Of a DNA stretch of 64,000 nt, positions 21,108 to 33,979 are shown piece after piece. The translations under genes were made by a program, and so were the position numbers. The stretch spans positions 2,660 through 66,659 of the forward strand of contig CAZTDF010000001.1 of NCBI GenBank assembly GCA_964612465.1, in the 5' to 3' direction. Positions within the stretch are counted from its first letter, which is position 1, and each line of letters starts with the position of its first letter. The notes beneath the pieces are model-generated. The model saw only the letters and a list, made by a program, of their open reading frames with translations. It had not been told where the DNA came from and made no database searches. This DNA is from an uncultured Pirellulales bacterium (GTDB lineage Bacteria > Planctomycetota > Phycisphaerae > Sedimentisphaerales > Anaerobacaceae).

Positions 21108-23639
21108 ATGATGACGACGATATGGCATGACATGCGATATGGCGTTCGGATACTGGTTAAGAAACCCGGATTCACGATTGTGATAGTCCTGACACTCGCT
21201 TTGGGCATTGGAGCCAACACAACCATCTTTAGTTTTCTGGATCGTGTCATACTTCGGCCGCTTTCTGTGGAGAAACCGCGAGAACTGGTCAAGCTGGAAT
21301 ATCAATTTCAATATCAACATGGTAATCATTCCGGTGTGGGTAAGGATAATAAATTCACTTATCCACTCTACGTGAGTTATCGTGATCAGTCTGAAGTGTT
21401 TTCCGGACTGATAGCTTATACATCTGGCAAGCTGTCATCCGGTGTGCGGGTGGGTGATTCGGTCGAGCACGTTGCATCGTTGGCTGTCTCCAGTAACTAT
21501 TTTTCCGTTCTCGGGATTAAACCTGTGATTGGGCGTTTCTTTCTTCCGGAGCAGGAAACCGGACACGGCGCGCATTCTGCTGCCGTGATCAGTCACAGGC
21601 TTTGGCGTCGTTTATTCCACGGCGATCCGGCGGCCCTGGGTAAAACTATTTCTATCAGTAACCATATCTTCATGGTCGTTGGTGTGACGCCCCCCGAGTT
21701 CACCGGAACCGTGGCGATGATGAATCCAGGAGTGTATATCACCCTTGGTGCGCAAGGGCAGATGGACAATTTCCATTGGGACAATCCAGGTAATTTTTCA
21801 TTCTTTTGTCTCGGGCGTCTTAAACCGGGAGTGAGTCGCGCCCAGGCCGAGGCCAAACTCCTTGTTCTGACAGAGCAGATCAATCAAGTGGATTCTTACA
21901 GAACCGCCTATACGAATTTTATGGTCAAGGATGGAAGCCGGGGCACAAATCCTGTTGCCCACGAAAATTATTATTGGCTGGTCGTCGTTTTGTTTCAGAC
22001 ACCCACGATGCTGGTCCTACTGGTTGCCTGTGCCAATGTGGCGAATATATTACTTGCTCGAGGGATGATGCGCCAGCGAGAGATCGCCATTCGCCGGGCC
22101 ATGGGGGCTAATCGACGTGACATCATACGACAGTTGCTGGTAGAAAGCTCGCTTTTAGCGCTATTGAGTGGTGTATGCGGCGCTCTTTTAGCCCATTGGT
22201 TGACGCTCACACTTCGGTCGGCCCTTCCTTTCATCCAACAGATCGGTTTACCTGTAGGTGTGGATGGACGCGTTCTTTGTCTGACATTGCTGGGATCCTT
22301 GGGCTCCGTGTTTCTTTTTGGCCTGGTACCGGCCTTTCAGGTGTCGCGTCCCAACGTGATGACCGTTTTGAAGGAGGGCGCCGGAACGGTCACTTTCTTC
22401 GCCCGGCGCTTTAGCTTGCGCAACATTCTGGTCGTCATCCAGGTGGCTGTTTCTGTGATTGTATTGTCATTTGGTGTATTGTGCTTTCTGAGTCTCCGCG
22501 CGCTTCGAGTTGCTGATCCGGGTTACGATCCTAAAAGAGTGTTAGCCGTATCCTTCGACGTCAAAGACGAATTGCCCGTAAACATCGACTTTAGAGAACT
22601 GTTTACACATTTGCAGGAACGAGTGACTTCCCTTCCCGGAGTGCAGACCGTCAGTCTAACATCGAGTGTGCCGTTAACGGCAACTGGACGGACTAGAACG
22701 GGTGCCGGACATATTGAAGGTTACCAGAAGCCTGCGGACCAGAACTATATCCCCTGGGATTACAGGACGGTTGGCCCGGGGTACTTTCGGACGCTGGGTG
22801 TTCCTTTGTTACGGGGACGGGACTTCACACCACAGGACGGTTCAGGGACGTCCAGGGTTATGATTATCAATGAATTAATGGCGCAGCGTTTCTGGCCGGG
22901 CCAGAATCCGATCGGCAAGCACGTTAATGTCGGGGGGGGGCCGCGGGAGGTGATTGGCATTGTCAAGGCGGTCAAGTTCAGTAACATTCGAGCAAAGCCT
23001 GAGCCGTTATCGTTCTGGCCGATCGCACAGCAATTGGATAAAAATAGTAAGCCATCGCTGTCGGCCGACAAATGGGGTCTGCTCATCCGTACCCAGGGCA
23101 ATCATCAGTCACTGGTGTCCTTATTACAGGGGGAATTGGAGTCTGCGGGTTTGACGCCGGCAACTTACAAGATAGGTACCCTTGCCGAGCGTGCCAATGA
23201 GTTGCACACAGGACAACGTGTCATCACCGCGCTCTTGAGTGTGATTGGAGCAGTGGGGCTCTTGTTTGTGGCGACCGGGATTGCCGGTGTCATGGCTTTC
23301 GAGGTCAGTCGACGGACTCGGGAGATTGGTGTACGCATGGCGTTGGGGGCCCAATGGAAGGACGTACTGAGATTAGTGTTGCGCAAAGGAGCCATCCTGA
23401 CGGGTATTGGATTAGGGCTTGGCCTGGGATTGAGTTGTATCCCTTGTTATATCTTGACCCGCTTAGTGCCGGATATCCGTTTTGTTGACGAGTACGCCCT
23501 TTACGGCGTGCACATGTGGGACCCATTGACTTACTTCTGTGTCGTGCTCCTTGTATCATTAGTCATGCTCGCGGCCTGCTATATCCCGGCCCGGCGGGCC
23601 GCCAAAATCGATCCGATGGTGGCGCTGCGTTATGAGTAA
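21108..23639 (+). CDS. Duplicated FtsX/MacB-type ABC permease, ADOP-like paralog 8 (divergent)
   Basis: N-term [42 protein letters not shown]. Modules REIAIRRAMGANRRDIIRQLLVESSLL and EIGVRMALGAQWKDV. C-term [17 protein letters not shown]. Confidence 0.9.
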   Translation: MMTTIWHDMRYGVRILVKKPGFTIVIVLTLALGIGANTTIFSFLDRVILRPLSVEKPRELVKLEYQFQYQHGNHSGVGKDNKFTYPLYVSYRDQSEVFSGLIAYTSGKLSSGVRVGDSVEHVASLAVSSNYFSVLGIKPVIGRFFLPEQETGHGAHSAAVISHRLWRRLFHGDPAALGKTISISNHIFMVVGVTPPEFTGTVAMMNPGVYITLGAQGQMDNFHWDNPGNFSFFCLGRLKPGVSRAQAEAKLLVLTEQINQVDSYRTAYTNFMVKDGSRGTNPVAHENYYWLVVVLFQTPTMLVLLVACANVANILLARGMMRQREIAIRRAMGANRRDIIRQLLVESSLLALLSGVCGALLAHWLTLTLRSALPFIQQIGLPVGVDGRVLCLTLLGSLGSVFLFGLVPAFQVSRPNVMTVLKEGAGTVTFFARRFSLRNILVVIQVAVSVIVLSFGVLCFLSLRALRVADPGYDPKRVLAVSFDVKDELPVNIDFRELFTHLQERVTSLPGVQTVSLTSSVPLTATGRTRTGAGHIEGYQKPADQNYIPWDYRTVGPGYFRTLGVPLLRGRDFTPQDGSGTSRVMIINELMAQRFWPGQNPIGKHVNVGGGPREVIGIVKAVKFSNIRAKPEPLSFWPIAQQLDKNSKPSLSADKWGLLIRTQGNHQSLVSLLQGELESAGLTPATYKIGTLAERANELHTGQRVITALLSVIGAVGLLFVATGIAGVMAFEVSRRTREIGVRMALGAQWKDVLRLVLRKGAILTGIGLGLGLGLSCIPCYILTRLVPDIRFVDEYALYGVHMWDPLTYFCVVLLVSLVMLAACYIPARRAAKIDPMVALRYE

Positions 23640-23679
23640 TTGAAAACGAATACAGAAAACAGAATACGGAAGCAAAATT

Positions 23680-24377
23680 ATGATTAAACTTAACCACATT
23701 CAAAAACGTTACAACACACGTGCAGGATTTGTCTATGTGCTGCAACAGATCAACCTGACCATCGAAAAAGGAGAATTCGTCACCATCATGGGCCCATCCG
23801 GGGCAGGTAAAACAACGTTGCTGAACATCATCGGCATGTTGGACGGTGAGTGGGAGGGCGAGTATTATCTTGATGAGAATCCTGTGCACGAACTCAAGCC
23901 AAAGAACCGCCTAGCTCTGAACCGGCAATATATCGGCTTTGTCTTTCAGAACTTCAATCTGCTGGATAGTCTTACTGTATACGAGAATCTGGAGGCCCCG
24001 CTGTCCTATCGCAATGTCAAGGGCTCCGAGCGAGCGAGCATCGTCTGCGATACACTGGATCGTTTCAGCATTGTGGGCAAGAAAGACCTTTTCCCCAGCC
24101 AGCTCTCCGGCGGCCAGCAGCAGCTTGTGGGTGTAGCGCGGGCCGTAGTAGCCAGCCCCAAGCTGATCCTTGCGGACGAGCCTACAGGCAATCTGCATTC
24201 GAGTCAGGGCAAGGACGTAATGGCCCTGCTCAAGAAGCTCAATCGCGAGGGCACCACGATAATCCAGGTGACGCACAATGAAGGTTATGCCGCCTACGGC
24301 AATCGCATAATCAAACTCAAAGACGGCTGGCAGGACGGCGAGGTCGTAATCGAACAATCGGTCAAGAAGGAGAATCT

Positions 24378-24381
<4 letters not shown>
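23680..24381 (+). CDS. ABC transporter ATP-binding protein, MacB/LolD type (ATPase 2)
   Basis: Walker [10 protein letters not shown], signature LSGGQQQLV, Walker [14 protein letters not shown]-loop QVTHN. The stop TGA (24379-24381) overlaps the ATG (24378) of the next permease in an ATGA overlap. Confidence 0.9.
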
Positions 24382-26852
<2,471 letters not shown>

Positions 26853-26901
26853 TTGAGCGAGAATACAGAATACAGGAGACAGAATTCAAAAGGAACAACA
26901 A

Positions 26902-29430
26902 ATGAAGACGATATGGCATGACATACGTTATGGTCTCCGAATGTTGAGGAAGAAACCGGGATTCACGGCGATTGCCCTGATTACCCTTGCTATCGGCATC
27001 GGGGCCAACACGATCATGTTCAGCGTTGTCAATGCACTGGTCTTTCGGCCGGTACAGGTCAAGGAGCCCGAGAAGCTGGTATGCTGCAAGATTCGCAACT
27101 TCGGGCTCGGAATAACACCCTATTCCGCTTATCAGATGATTCGTAACGACAGTCAGGTATTCAGCGATCTGATGGTCCAGGACGATGGTTTGGGATATGT
27201 CACTTTGGCGCATGGGCAGAAAGCCAGGCAAGTCTGCGGGATGTTTGTTTCGGCCAACTACTTTTCCTTCCTGGGCGTTACACCCGAATTCGGACGGGGT
27301 TTTCTGCCTGAGGAGGAGCGTCAGAACGCACCATCTGTTGCGATCCTGAGTTTCCGTGCCTGGCAGCGACTGGGCGGTGATCCGGAGATGGTGGGTCAAC
27401 ATCTCCGCGTCAACGGCGTATCCTGCGAGGTCGTTGGGGTAGCGCCGGAGGGATTCACCGGAGTCACGCACCTCGGCCCGGACCTTTGGCTGCCTCTGGG
27501 GAGCTATCTGCGCGTGGTTCGCCTGTCCCGGGGTATAAACAGGCCCGGCAAAGAAGCGAGTGACTGGGGTTATCCCGGTGTCATACCCGTGGGACGACTC
27601 AAGCCGGGTCTGAGCATGTCGGCGGCCCAGGCACAGTTGCAGGCACTTACCCCCCGGCTCAAGGAGCAATATCTGAGACAATGGAAGGGGAATTGCTCGC
27701 TTTACCTTCACCGTCCGCCCAGGTTCGCCATAATCAATGACGACCGTGAGGGGGCTGCAATGGCCGCTTTCAGTCTGATACTTATAGGGGTTTCTGTTGC
27801 CGTCCTGCTTATCGCGTGTCTTAACCTTGCGGGCATGATGATTGTTCAGGGGACCAGGCGCCATCGCGAGATCGCCGTTCGTTTAGCTCTCGGTGGAAGT
27901 CGTATTCTAATCATAAGGCAGCTGCTAATTGAGTCGATGCTGTACGCACTGCTCGGAGGAGCCTTCGGCCTTTTGCTGGCCTTCTGGGGCACGAGGGCTA
28001 TAAATACATGGATAGCAGCTGTACAAGGGCCTCTTGATGCCGGTGCTGCATTAAGAGTCGGTATAAATATGCCTGTACTGGCAGTTACCCTGGGATTCTG
28101 CTTGATTGCCACCATTCTCTTCGGCCTCAGGCCGGCTCTGGGGCTGTCGCGTCGAGATATCATTGGTGAACTGAAAGAATCGGGCAGTGTTATGCTCCGG
28201 CCCTTTAAAAGAAAACGGGGCCGTTTATCCTTGTTTTGTCAGATCTCGCTGGCTGTTGTGCTTGTGATGGGTGCGGTACTCTTTACGCGTGGTGCGCTAA
28301 AAGCCCTTCGACCTAGTTCCGATTTCAGCTTTAAAGGCAAGCTGCTCGTTAAGCTCGATACGTTCGCCGCAGGTTATGACCTGGCGCAAAGCAGGCAGGT
28401 TTATGAAACACTGGTTGAGCGATTGCGGTCGCTTCCGGGAATACGAACTGTCAGCCTGTCGGCCTCATCCCCCTTTGCCGAGGGCGGCGGCTATGGCGGG
28501 GTTGTTCGCGAATACGTACCGGGCATAGAAAACGACAAAAGCCGAGAAAGTGGAGCGTCTCCGCGTCCCGTTAAAGGCGCACCCCATGTACACACAGTAG
28601 GGGCCGATTACTTCGAGGCAGTGGGAATGCCTCTATTACAAGGCCGGCCCCTGCAACGTCTCGACAGCGTCCCTGATGCGGAAAAGGTCGTGATCATCGA
28701 CGAACAGATCGCTCGACGACTCCGGCCGAACGGCAACGCCCTCGGGTGTCTGATTACATATGGTATGGAGACATCACCATTTCGTGTGGTAGGGATCGTA
28801 CCAACATTGCGAATTGCCACTGACGATGAAGTCCCATCCCCCCAAATCTACTTACCGATGGCGGCCGACAGTCGGCCTACCTTCATTCATATTCGCGCCG
28901 CAGAGACCCTGCCTGAAAATGAAGTCGATCTGCAGGAAAACATTCGCATATTAATTCGAGAGATAGATCCTCAGTTACCAATCCTGTTACTGAAAAGTCT
29001 GGCGGACTGTTACTATGATAATCCTTTCGTTTGGATGGCGACAATAGGTGCAAAGCTGGCAGCCATCTTCGGGGCGATGGCCCTGTTCCTGGCGTCGCTG
29101 GGGATTTATGCGGTCAAGGGCTACATGGTGGCTTCGCGCACTCGAGATATCGGCATTCGCAAGGCCCTTGGCGCAACGCAAAGTGACATCATGGGCATGG
29201 TCATCCGGGAGGGAATGGTACTGACAGTGATAGGATTGATCGTTGGATTGTTTCTGGCCTTCGCTATAGGGCGACTGATTAGTAGCCTGCTCTACGGCGT
29301 CAGCCCGGTGGATCCTTTGAGTATCGCCGTGGCCGTGGCATTGCTTGGAATCGCCTCGATGCTGGCCAGCTATATCCCCGCCCGCCGGGCGGCAAAGATC
29401 GACCCGATGGATGCATTGAGATATGAGTGA
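26902..29430 (+). CDS. Duplicated FtsX/MacB-type ABC permease, ADOP-like paralog 10 (subgroup A)
   Basis: N-term [41 protein letters not shown]. Modules REIAVRLALGGSRILIIRQLLIESMLY and DIGIRKALGATQSDI. C-term [17 protein letters not shown]. Confidence 0.9.
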   Translation: MKTIWHDIRYGLRMLRKKPGFTAIALITLAIGIGANTIMFSVVNALVFRPVQVKEPEKLVCCKIRNFGLGITPYSAYQMIRNDSQVFSDLMVQDDGLGYVTLAHGQKARQVCGMFVSANYFSFLGVTPEFGRGFLPEEERQNAPSVAILSFRAWQRLGGDPEMVGQHLRVNGVSCEVVGVAPEGFTGVTHLGPDLWLPLGSYLRVVRLSRGINRPGKEASDWGYPGVIPVGRLKPGLSMSAAQAQLQALTPRLKEQYLRQWKGNCSLYLHRPPRFAIINDDREGAAMAAFSLILIGVSVAVLLIACLNLAGMMIVQGTRRHREIAVRLALGGSRILIIRQLLIESMLYALLGGAFGLLLAFWGTRAINTWIAAVQGPLDAGAALRVGINMPVLAVTLGFCLIATILFGLRPALGLSRRDIIGELKESGSVMLRPFKRKRGRLSLFCQISLAVVLVMGAVLFTRGALKALRPSSDFSFKGKLLVKLDTFAAGYDLAQSRQVYETLVERLRSLPGIRTVSLSASSPFAEGGGYGGVVREYVPGIENDKSRESGASPRPVKGAPHVHTVGADYFEAVGMPLLQGRPLQRLDSVPDAEKVVIIDEQIARRLRPNGNALGCLITYGMETSPFRVVGIVPTLRIATDDEVPSPQIYLPMAADSRPTFIHIRAAETLPENEVDLQENIRILIREIDPQLPILLLKSLADCYYDNPFVWMATIGAKLAAIFGAMALFLASLGIYAVKGYMVASRTRDIGIRKALGATQSDIMGMVIREGMVLTVIGLIVGLFLAFAIGRLISSLLYGVSPVDPLSIAVAVALLGIASMLASYIPARRAAKIDPMDALRYE

Positions 29431-29472
29431 GAAAAACAGAATAAACAACACAGAAGACAGAAGGAATTAGAA

Positions 29473-31989
29473 ATGAGAACTATATGGCAAGACATGCGTT
29501 ACGGACTTCGCCAGTTACGCAAAAAACCGGGATTTACGGCCATCGCTCTGATTACTCTGGCCATCGGCATCGGGGCCAATACGTTGATGTCCAGCATCGC
29601 CGATTGGCTACTGTTTCTTCAGCCCAGACATGTGAAGAACTACGAGCAGTTGGCGTGCTGCGATGTCCGCGCCGCGTCTGATTATACAACTTACATCACC
29701 ATCCGTGACAGCGTCTCGGCCTTCAGCGATGTCATGGCTCAGAGTCGCGACGGTATGGTAGGAGATGTCACTGTGGTTCGTGAGCAGACGGCCTGGCACG
29801 GCAAGGCAACGTACGTTTCGTCGAACTACTTCTCTTTTTTGGGAGTCGCGCCCGTCCTGGGGCGGGGCTTCCTGCCCGGCGAAGACCAGCAAGGCAGCGC
29901 TCCGGTCGTGGTGCTGAGCTATCCCCTCTGGCAGCGGCTGGGGGGCGATCCGAAGCTCGTCGGCGAGTATGTGAACGTCAACGGCGCTGTTTGTCAGGTT
30001 GTCGGTGTGGCGCCGCAGGGGTTCACCGGCACCTCGCTCCTGGGGCCCGGCCTCTGGGTGCCGCTGGGCAACTGGGTGTCGATGGGCAGCATCGGAACGA
30101 TTCGGATGCGGGAACAGACTCGGCCCGCCAACGCCGGGGCCGGTTGGGGCTATCCTTGGGCGCTTCATGCCATCGGACGACTCAAGCCGGGCGTGAGCAT
30201 GTCGGTTGCCCAGACACAATTGCAATTCCTAATCCCGCGTTTTCGAGCAGAGGATCCGGAAGAGTGGCCGGCTGTTGCTTCCTTTTCTCTTCGCCCGCCT
30301 GACCGGCTCTTCCTTGATTCGATCAATCTTCCGTATCTCACCAAATACAGTCTGATCCTGATGGCCGGGTCCGTGGTCACCCTGCTGATCGTCTGCTTGA
30401 ACTTGGCGAGCATGCTGATCGTGCAGGGAGCCTCGCGCCACCGTGAGATCGCCATCCGATTGGCCGTCGGCGGAGGCCGCCTGCGGATTATTCGGCAGTT
30501 GCTCGTCGAGTCTGCGCTGTTGGCGCTGCTGGGAGGAGTTCTCGGTGTTCTGCTGGCGGTCTGCGGGATGCGGATTCTCAATGTATGGTTCGCCGGCGCC
30601 AATTGGGAAGTGATGAGAGCTATCCGAGTTGGCCTGGACATTCGCATTCTGATGGGCACACTGGGTTTCTGCCTGATCGCTACGTTGCTGTTCGGTCTAA
30701 GACCTGCTCTGAGGCTGTCCCGGCGTGATCTTGCCGAGGAGATGAAGGGATCCGCCAGTGGCGTGCTGGGGTCCGTCCACCGCAAGCGAGGCGGTCTTTC
30801 GGTAGCGGGCCAGATCACGCTGGCCGTAGTCCTGGTCCTCGTCGCTGCCCTGCTGTTGCGCAGTGCCCTGGAGACAGCGCGGCCGGACCCACGGTTCCAC
30901 CTGGAGGACACGCTGGTCGTTCGGATCGATCCGGAATCGTCCGGCTATGACAAGGTCCGGAGCATGCAGGCATGCGAGACCCTGGCTGATCATCTGGCGT
31001 CCCTGCCGCCAGTCGAGGCGCTGGGGACAGCACCCAACCTGTTCTACGGGGGTGGCGGGGAGCAAACGATACGCGAATACCGGCCGGGGGAAGAAGGCGA
31101 GCCCTGGAAGCATCGCGCACGACACGCCAACATGCTCGCCATAGGCCGGGACTACTTGCCGGCGCTGGAGGTCCCGCTGCTGCAGGGGCGCCTCTTCGAC
31201 CGGCGAGACAGTGTCCCCGACGCGGAGAAGGTCGCGATCATCAATGAAACCCTGGCGCACAGGCTTCGTCCCGACGGCAGTGCTCTCGGCTGTCTGGTCC
31301 AATGGGGCGTGCCTGAACTTGGTGGCTACTGGTGTCCCGATGTCTACCGGGTGGTCGGGGTCGTCACCGGCCTGCCGGGCATACAGGACCGGGAAGCGAG
31401 TTTCCAGATGTACGTACCCGCCGCCGGACCGGATGACTTACCTTCTTACTTCTACCTGCACGTCAGAGATCGTGAAGCGGTCGAGACTCTACGGTCGCAG
31501 ATGGTCGAGGAGATCCACCGGGTCGATCCGCGTATCCCGGTTCTGTCGGTGACGACTCTGGCAGAGATACACGATACTGATTTCAGAGTATGGTATGCGA
31601 GATTCCACGCTCGTCTGGCACTGACGGCCGGGGTGGTGGCTTTGTTTCTGGCGGCGCTGGGCATCTATGCCATCAAGGGCTATATGGTCACTTCGCGCAC
31701 GTCGGAGATCGGTATCCGTATGGCCATGGGGGCTACGCGCAGGAGCATCATGGCCATGATCCTGCGAGACGGACTGGTGCTGACGGTGGTCGCACTACTG
31801 GTAGGCTTGCTGCTGGGTTTGGCTGTCGCGCGGGTAGGGGCCAGCCTACTCTACGGCGTCAGCCCGGTCGATCCGGTCAGCATCGTAGCAACCGTGGCCC
31901 TGCTCGGCGGCGTTTCCCTCCTGGCCGGCTACTTCCCGGCCCGCCGGGCGGCAAAGATCGATCCAATGAAGGCACTTAAATATGAATAA
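29473..31989 (+). CDS. Duplicated FtsX/MacB-type ABC permease, ADOP-like paralog 11 (subgroup A)
   Basis: N-term [41 protein letters not shown]. Modules REIAIRLAVGGGRLRIIRQLLVESALL and EIGIRMAMGATRRSI. C-term [17 protein letters not shown]. Confidence 0.9.
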   Translation: MRTIWQDMRYGLRQLRKKPGFTAIALITLAIGIGANTLMSSIADWLLFLQPRHVKNYEQLACCDVRAASDYTTYITIRDSVSAFSDVMAQSRDGMVGDVTVVREQTAWHGKATYVSSNYFSFLGVAPVLGRGFLPGEDQQGSAPVVVLSYPLWQRLGGDPKLVGEYVNVNGAVCQVVGVAPQGFTGTSLLGPGLWVPLGNWVSMGSIGTIRMREQTRPANAGAGWGYPWALHAIGRLKPGVSMSVAQTQLQFLIPRFRAEDPEEWPAVASFSLRPPDRLFLDSINLPYLTKYSLILMAGSVVTLLIVCLNLASMLIVQGASRHREIAIRLAVGGGRLRIIRQLLVESALLALLGGVLGVLLAVCGMRILNVWFAGANWEVMRAIRVGLDIRILMGTLGFCLIATLLFGLRPALRLSRRDLAEEMKGSASGVLGSVHRKRGGLSVAGQITLAVVLVLVAALLLRSALETARPDPRFHLEDTLVVRIDPESSGYDKVRSMQACETLADHLASLPPVEALGTAPNLFYGGGGEQTIREYRPGEEGEPWKHRARHANMLAIGRDYLPALEVPLLQGRLFDRRDSVPDAEKVAIINETLAHRLRPDGSALGCLVQWGVPELGGYWCPDVYRVVGVVTGLPGIQDREASFQMYVPAAGPDDLPSYFYLHVRDREAVETLRSQMVEEIHRVDPRIPVLSVTTLAEIHDTDFRVWYARFHARLALTAGVVALFLAALGIYAIKGYMVTSRTSEIGIRMAMGATRRSIMAMILRDGLVLTVVALLVGLLLGLAVARVGASLLYGVSPVDPVSIVATVALLGGVSLLAGYFPARRAAKIDPMKALKYE

Positions 31990-32000
31990 GGAACCATGAA

Positions 32001-33680
32001 ATGCAAAAAAGAAGACTATGTAAACATATGACAAAGCCTGAGGAACACAAGTGTTGCATTTGTCAATGGCTTGTATCCGCCTTAGCTTTGCTGGCGCTGG
32101 CGGGTTGTCCCGCTCCAACTTTGAAAGAGAATCCAAAGGTCGAGACTTTGACCATGGGACTTGATACGATTGATACTGTCCAACCGAAGGACCTTTCGGA
32201 TTCGCCACCGGTTTCCGTTGAACAGGCCACTGCAGAAGTCACCGAGCAGATCGGCGAGCCCAATGAGTTGATCCCTGTGATTGAGCTGACGCTCGAACAA
32301 GTACGCGCTGCTACTCTGGCCAACAACCTGGATCTCAAGATCGATCTAATCGATCCTGCTATTGCACAGCGAGCAGTTGACATTGAACGCGCCAAGTTCG
32401 AAACGACCTTCTATGGCTCTGCGGTATATAGCACCTCAGAGACAAAAGAAGGGATATCATCCACAAGCAATGAATATGATATGGGTATAGAAAGCCCTCT
32501 GCACACCGGCGGTTCGATCGCGGTAGGTTTGCCTTTCGGAGAGTTTGACTCCGACGATTCCGACAGTATGGCCGATGCTGCGATTAGTGTCTCTTTCATC
32601 CAATCTCTGCTCAAGGGGGGGGGGACTCGCATCAATACCCATTCAATTCGCATCGCCGGTTATCAAAAACACGCTGTCGATGCCCAGACCAAACAGACTA
32701 CTATTTATCTGCTGGCGGCTGCTGACATCGCCTACTGGCGTCTCTATATGGCTTGCCGAGAACTTGATATCCGTCGTGAGCAATACAAGCTGGCCCAGGA
32801 TCAACTCAATCATGCTCGTCTTAAAGTGGCCTCGGGCTCATCTCCCAGGATCGAAATTGTGCGCGCCGAGGCAGGCCTGTCCAGTCGGATTGAGGCGCTT
32901 ATCAACGCCGAGACGACGGTTCAAAACCGCCAGCTTGATTTGCAACGCATTATGAACCAGGAGGATATGCCGCTCAATGCGAACATAAAGATCACTCCGA
33001 AGACCGAACCAAATCCACTGGGACTGGACATCGACGAGGAAAAGCTTGTCGGAATCGCGCTCGGAAATCGCATGGAGACCGTCCGGCTTGAATTGCAGTT
33101 GGCTATAGATGAGCTGGACGTCGAATTAGCGCATAATGCAATGCTGCCCGACCTTAAGTTCAATTACAGTTACACCACTCAAACGCAGGCTGGTGATGCT
33201 GGCCATGCCCTTGGAGATTTTGGGGACAAAAATTCTGATTACCATTCCATCGGTCTTTCCGCAAGTATTCCCCTGGGTAACCAGGCTGCCAAAATGCGTG
33301 TGGAGAGGGCGAAACTTCAGCAGCTTCAGGACCAGGCTAGTTACGCCAGGCTCCGTCAGATGATCCAGCAGGAAGTATATAACACGGTCAGGGCATTGCG
33401 AAATAGCTGGCGACGTATTCTGGCCGCTGAAAAGTCTGTTGATGCCGCATACCGTGACTATAAGGTTGAACAATCGCAGTTTCAGCTTGGTCGGAGTAGG
33501 AGTACGGATGTATTATACTCCGCAACGGGTCTGGCGGATGCACAACTGAGCAGGATTCGTGCTCTTACCGAATACGAAATTGCTCAGATTTATCTTGCCC
33601 AGGCGACAGGGACACTGTTGGGATACAGCCGGATAATTTTAGAGCCGACAGATATTCAGGCTCTGAGTGACATTCGCTAA
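32001..33680 (+). CDS. Outer-membrane efflux protein (TolC/NodT-type lipoprotein)
   Basis: Signal peptide with lipobox LLALAGC. Two internally similar alpha/beta halves with long helical segments typical of OEP-family proteins. It is the last gene of the efflux block, 11 nt after permease 11. Confidence 0.8.
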   Translation: MQKRRLCKHMTKPEEHKCCICQWLVSALALLALAGCPAPTLKENPKVETLTMGLDTIDTVQPKDLSDSPPVSVEQATAEVTEQIGEPNELIPVIELTLEQVRAATLANNLDLKIDLIDPAIAQRAVDIERAKFETTFYGSAVYSTSETKEGISSTSNEYDMGIESPLHTGGSIAVGLPFGEFDSDDSDSMADAAISVSFIQSLLKGGGTRINTHSIRIAGYQKHAVDAQTKQTTIYLLAAADIAYWRLYMACRELDIRREQYKLAQDQLNHARLKVASGSSPRIEIVRAEAGLSSRIEALINAETTVQNRQLDLQRIMNQEDMPLNANIKITPKTEPNPLGLDIDEEKLVGIALGNRMETVRLELQLAIDELDVELAHNAMLPDLKFNYSYTTQTQAGDAGHALGDFGDKNSDYHSIGLSASIPLGNQAAKMRVERAKLQQLQDQASYARLRQMIQQEVYNTVRALRNSWRRILAAEKSVDAAYRDYKVEQSQFQLGRSRSTDVLYSATGLADAQLSRIRALTEYEIAQIYLAQATGTLLGYSRIILEPTDIQALSDIR

Positions 33681-33777
33681 GCAGCCTAACGATTTCGCTA
33701 TCATCTATGTTGAATGCCCTATTTAATCCATCCCAAACGAAGCCGATGCGATGTCAAGCATCTTCAGTGATAATTCT

Positions 33778-33827
33778 GGTTCATCCGATTAATGCGTAGG
33801 TTGAGCTATGCATTAATTGGATGAACC
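33778..33827. repeat. Long inverted repeat / hairpin (18-nt arms with 1 mismatch, 14-nt loop) downstream of the TolC-like gene
   Basis: GGTTCATCCGATTAATGC - 14 nt - GCATTAATTGGATGAACC, read directly. There is no T-run after it (TAAAAAG), so it is not a canonical intrinsic terminator. Confidence 0.5.
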
Positions 33828-33979
33828 TAAAAAGTATAAGGAAATTCGAAAGATTACGGCATGACCCAATCCTGTTCGGCACAAGGATTGCTGTGTGATT
33901 TATGGGGGGTAGAAATACCCAAAACTTTTTTTACATATTACCTATTTTAAACTGGCGCGCTGTATGCGCTTGTGTTTAA

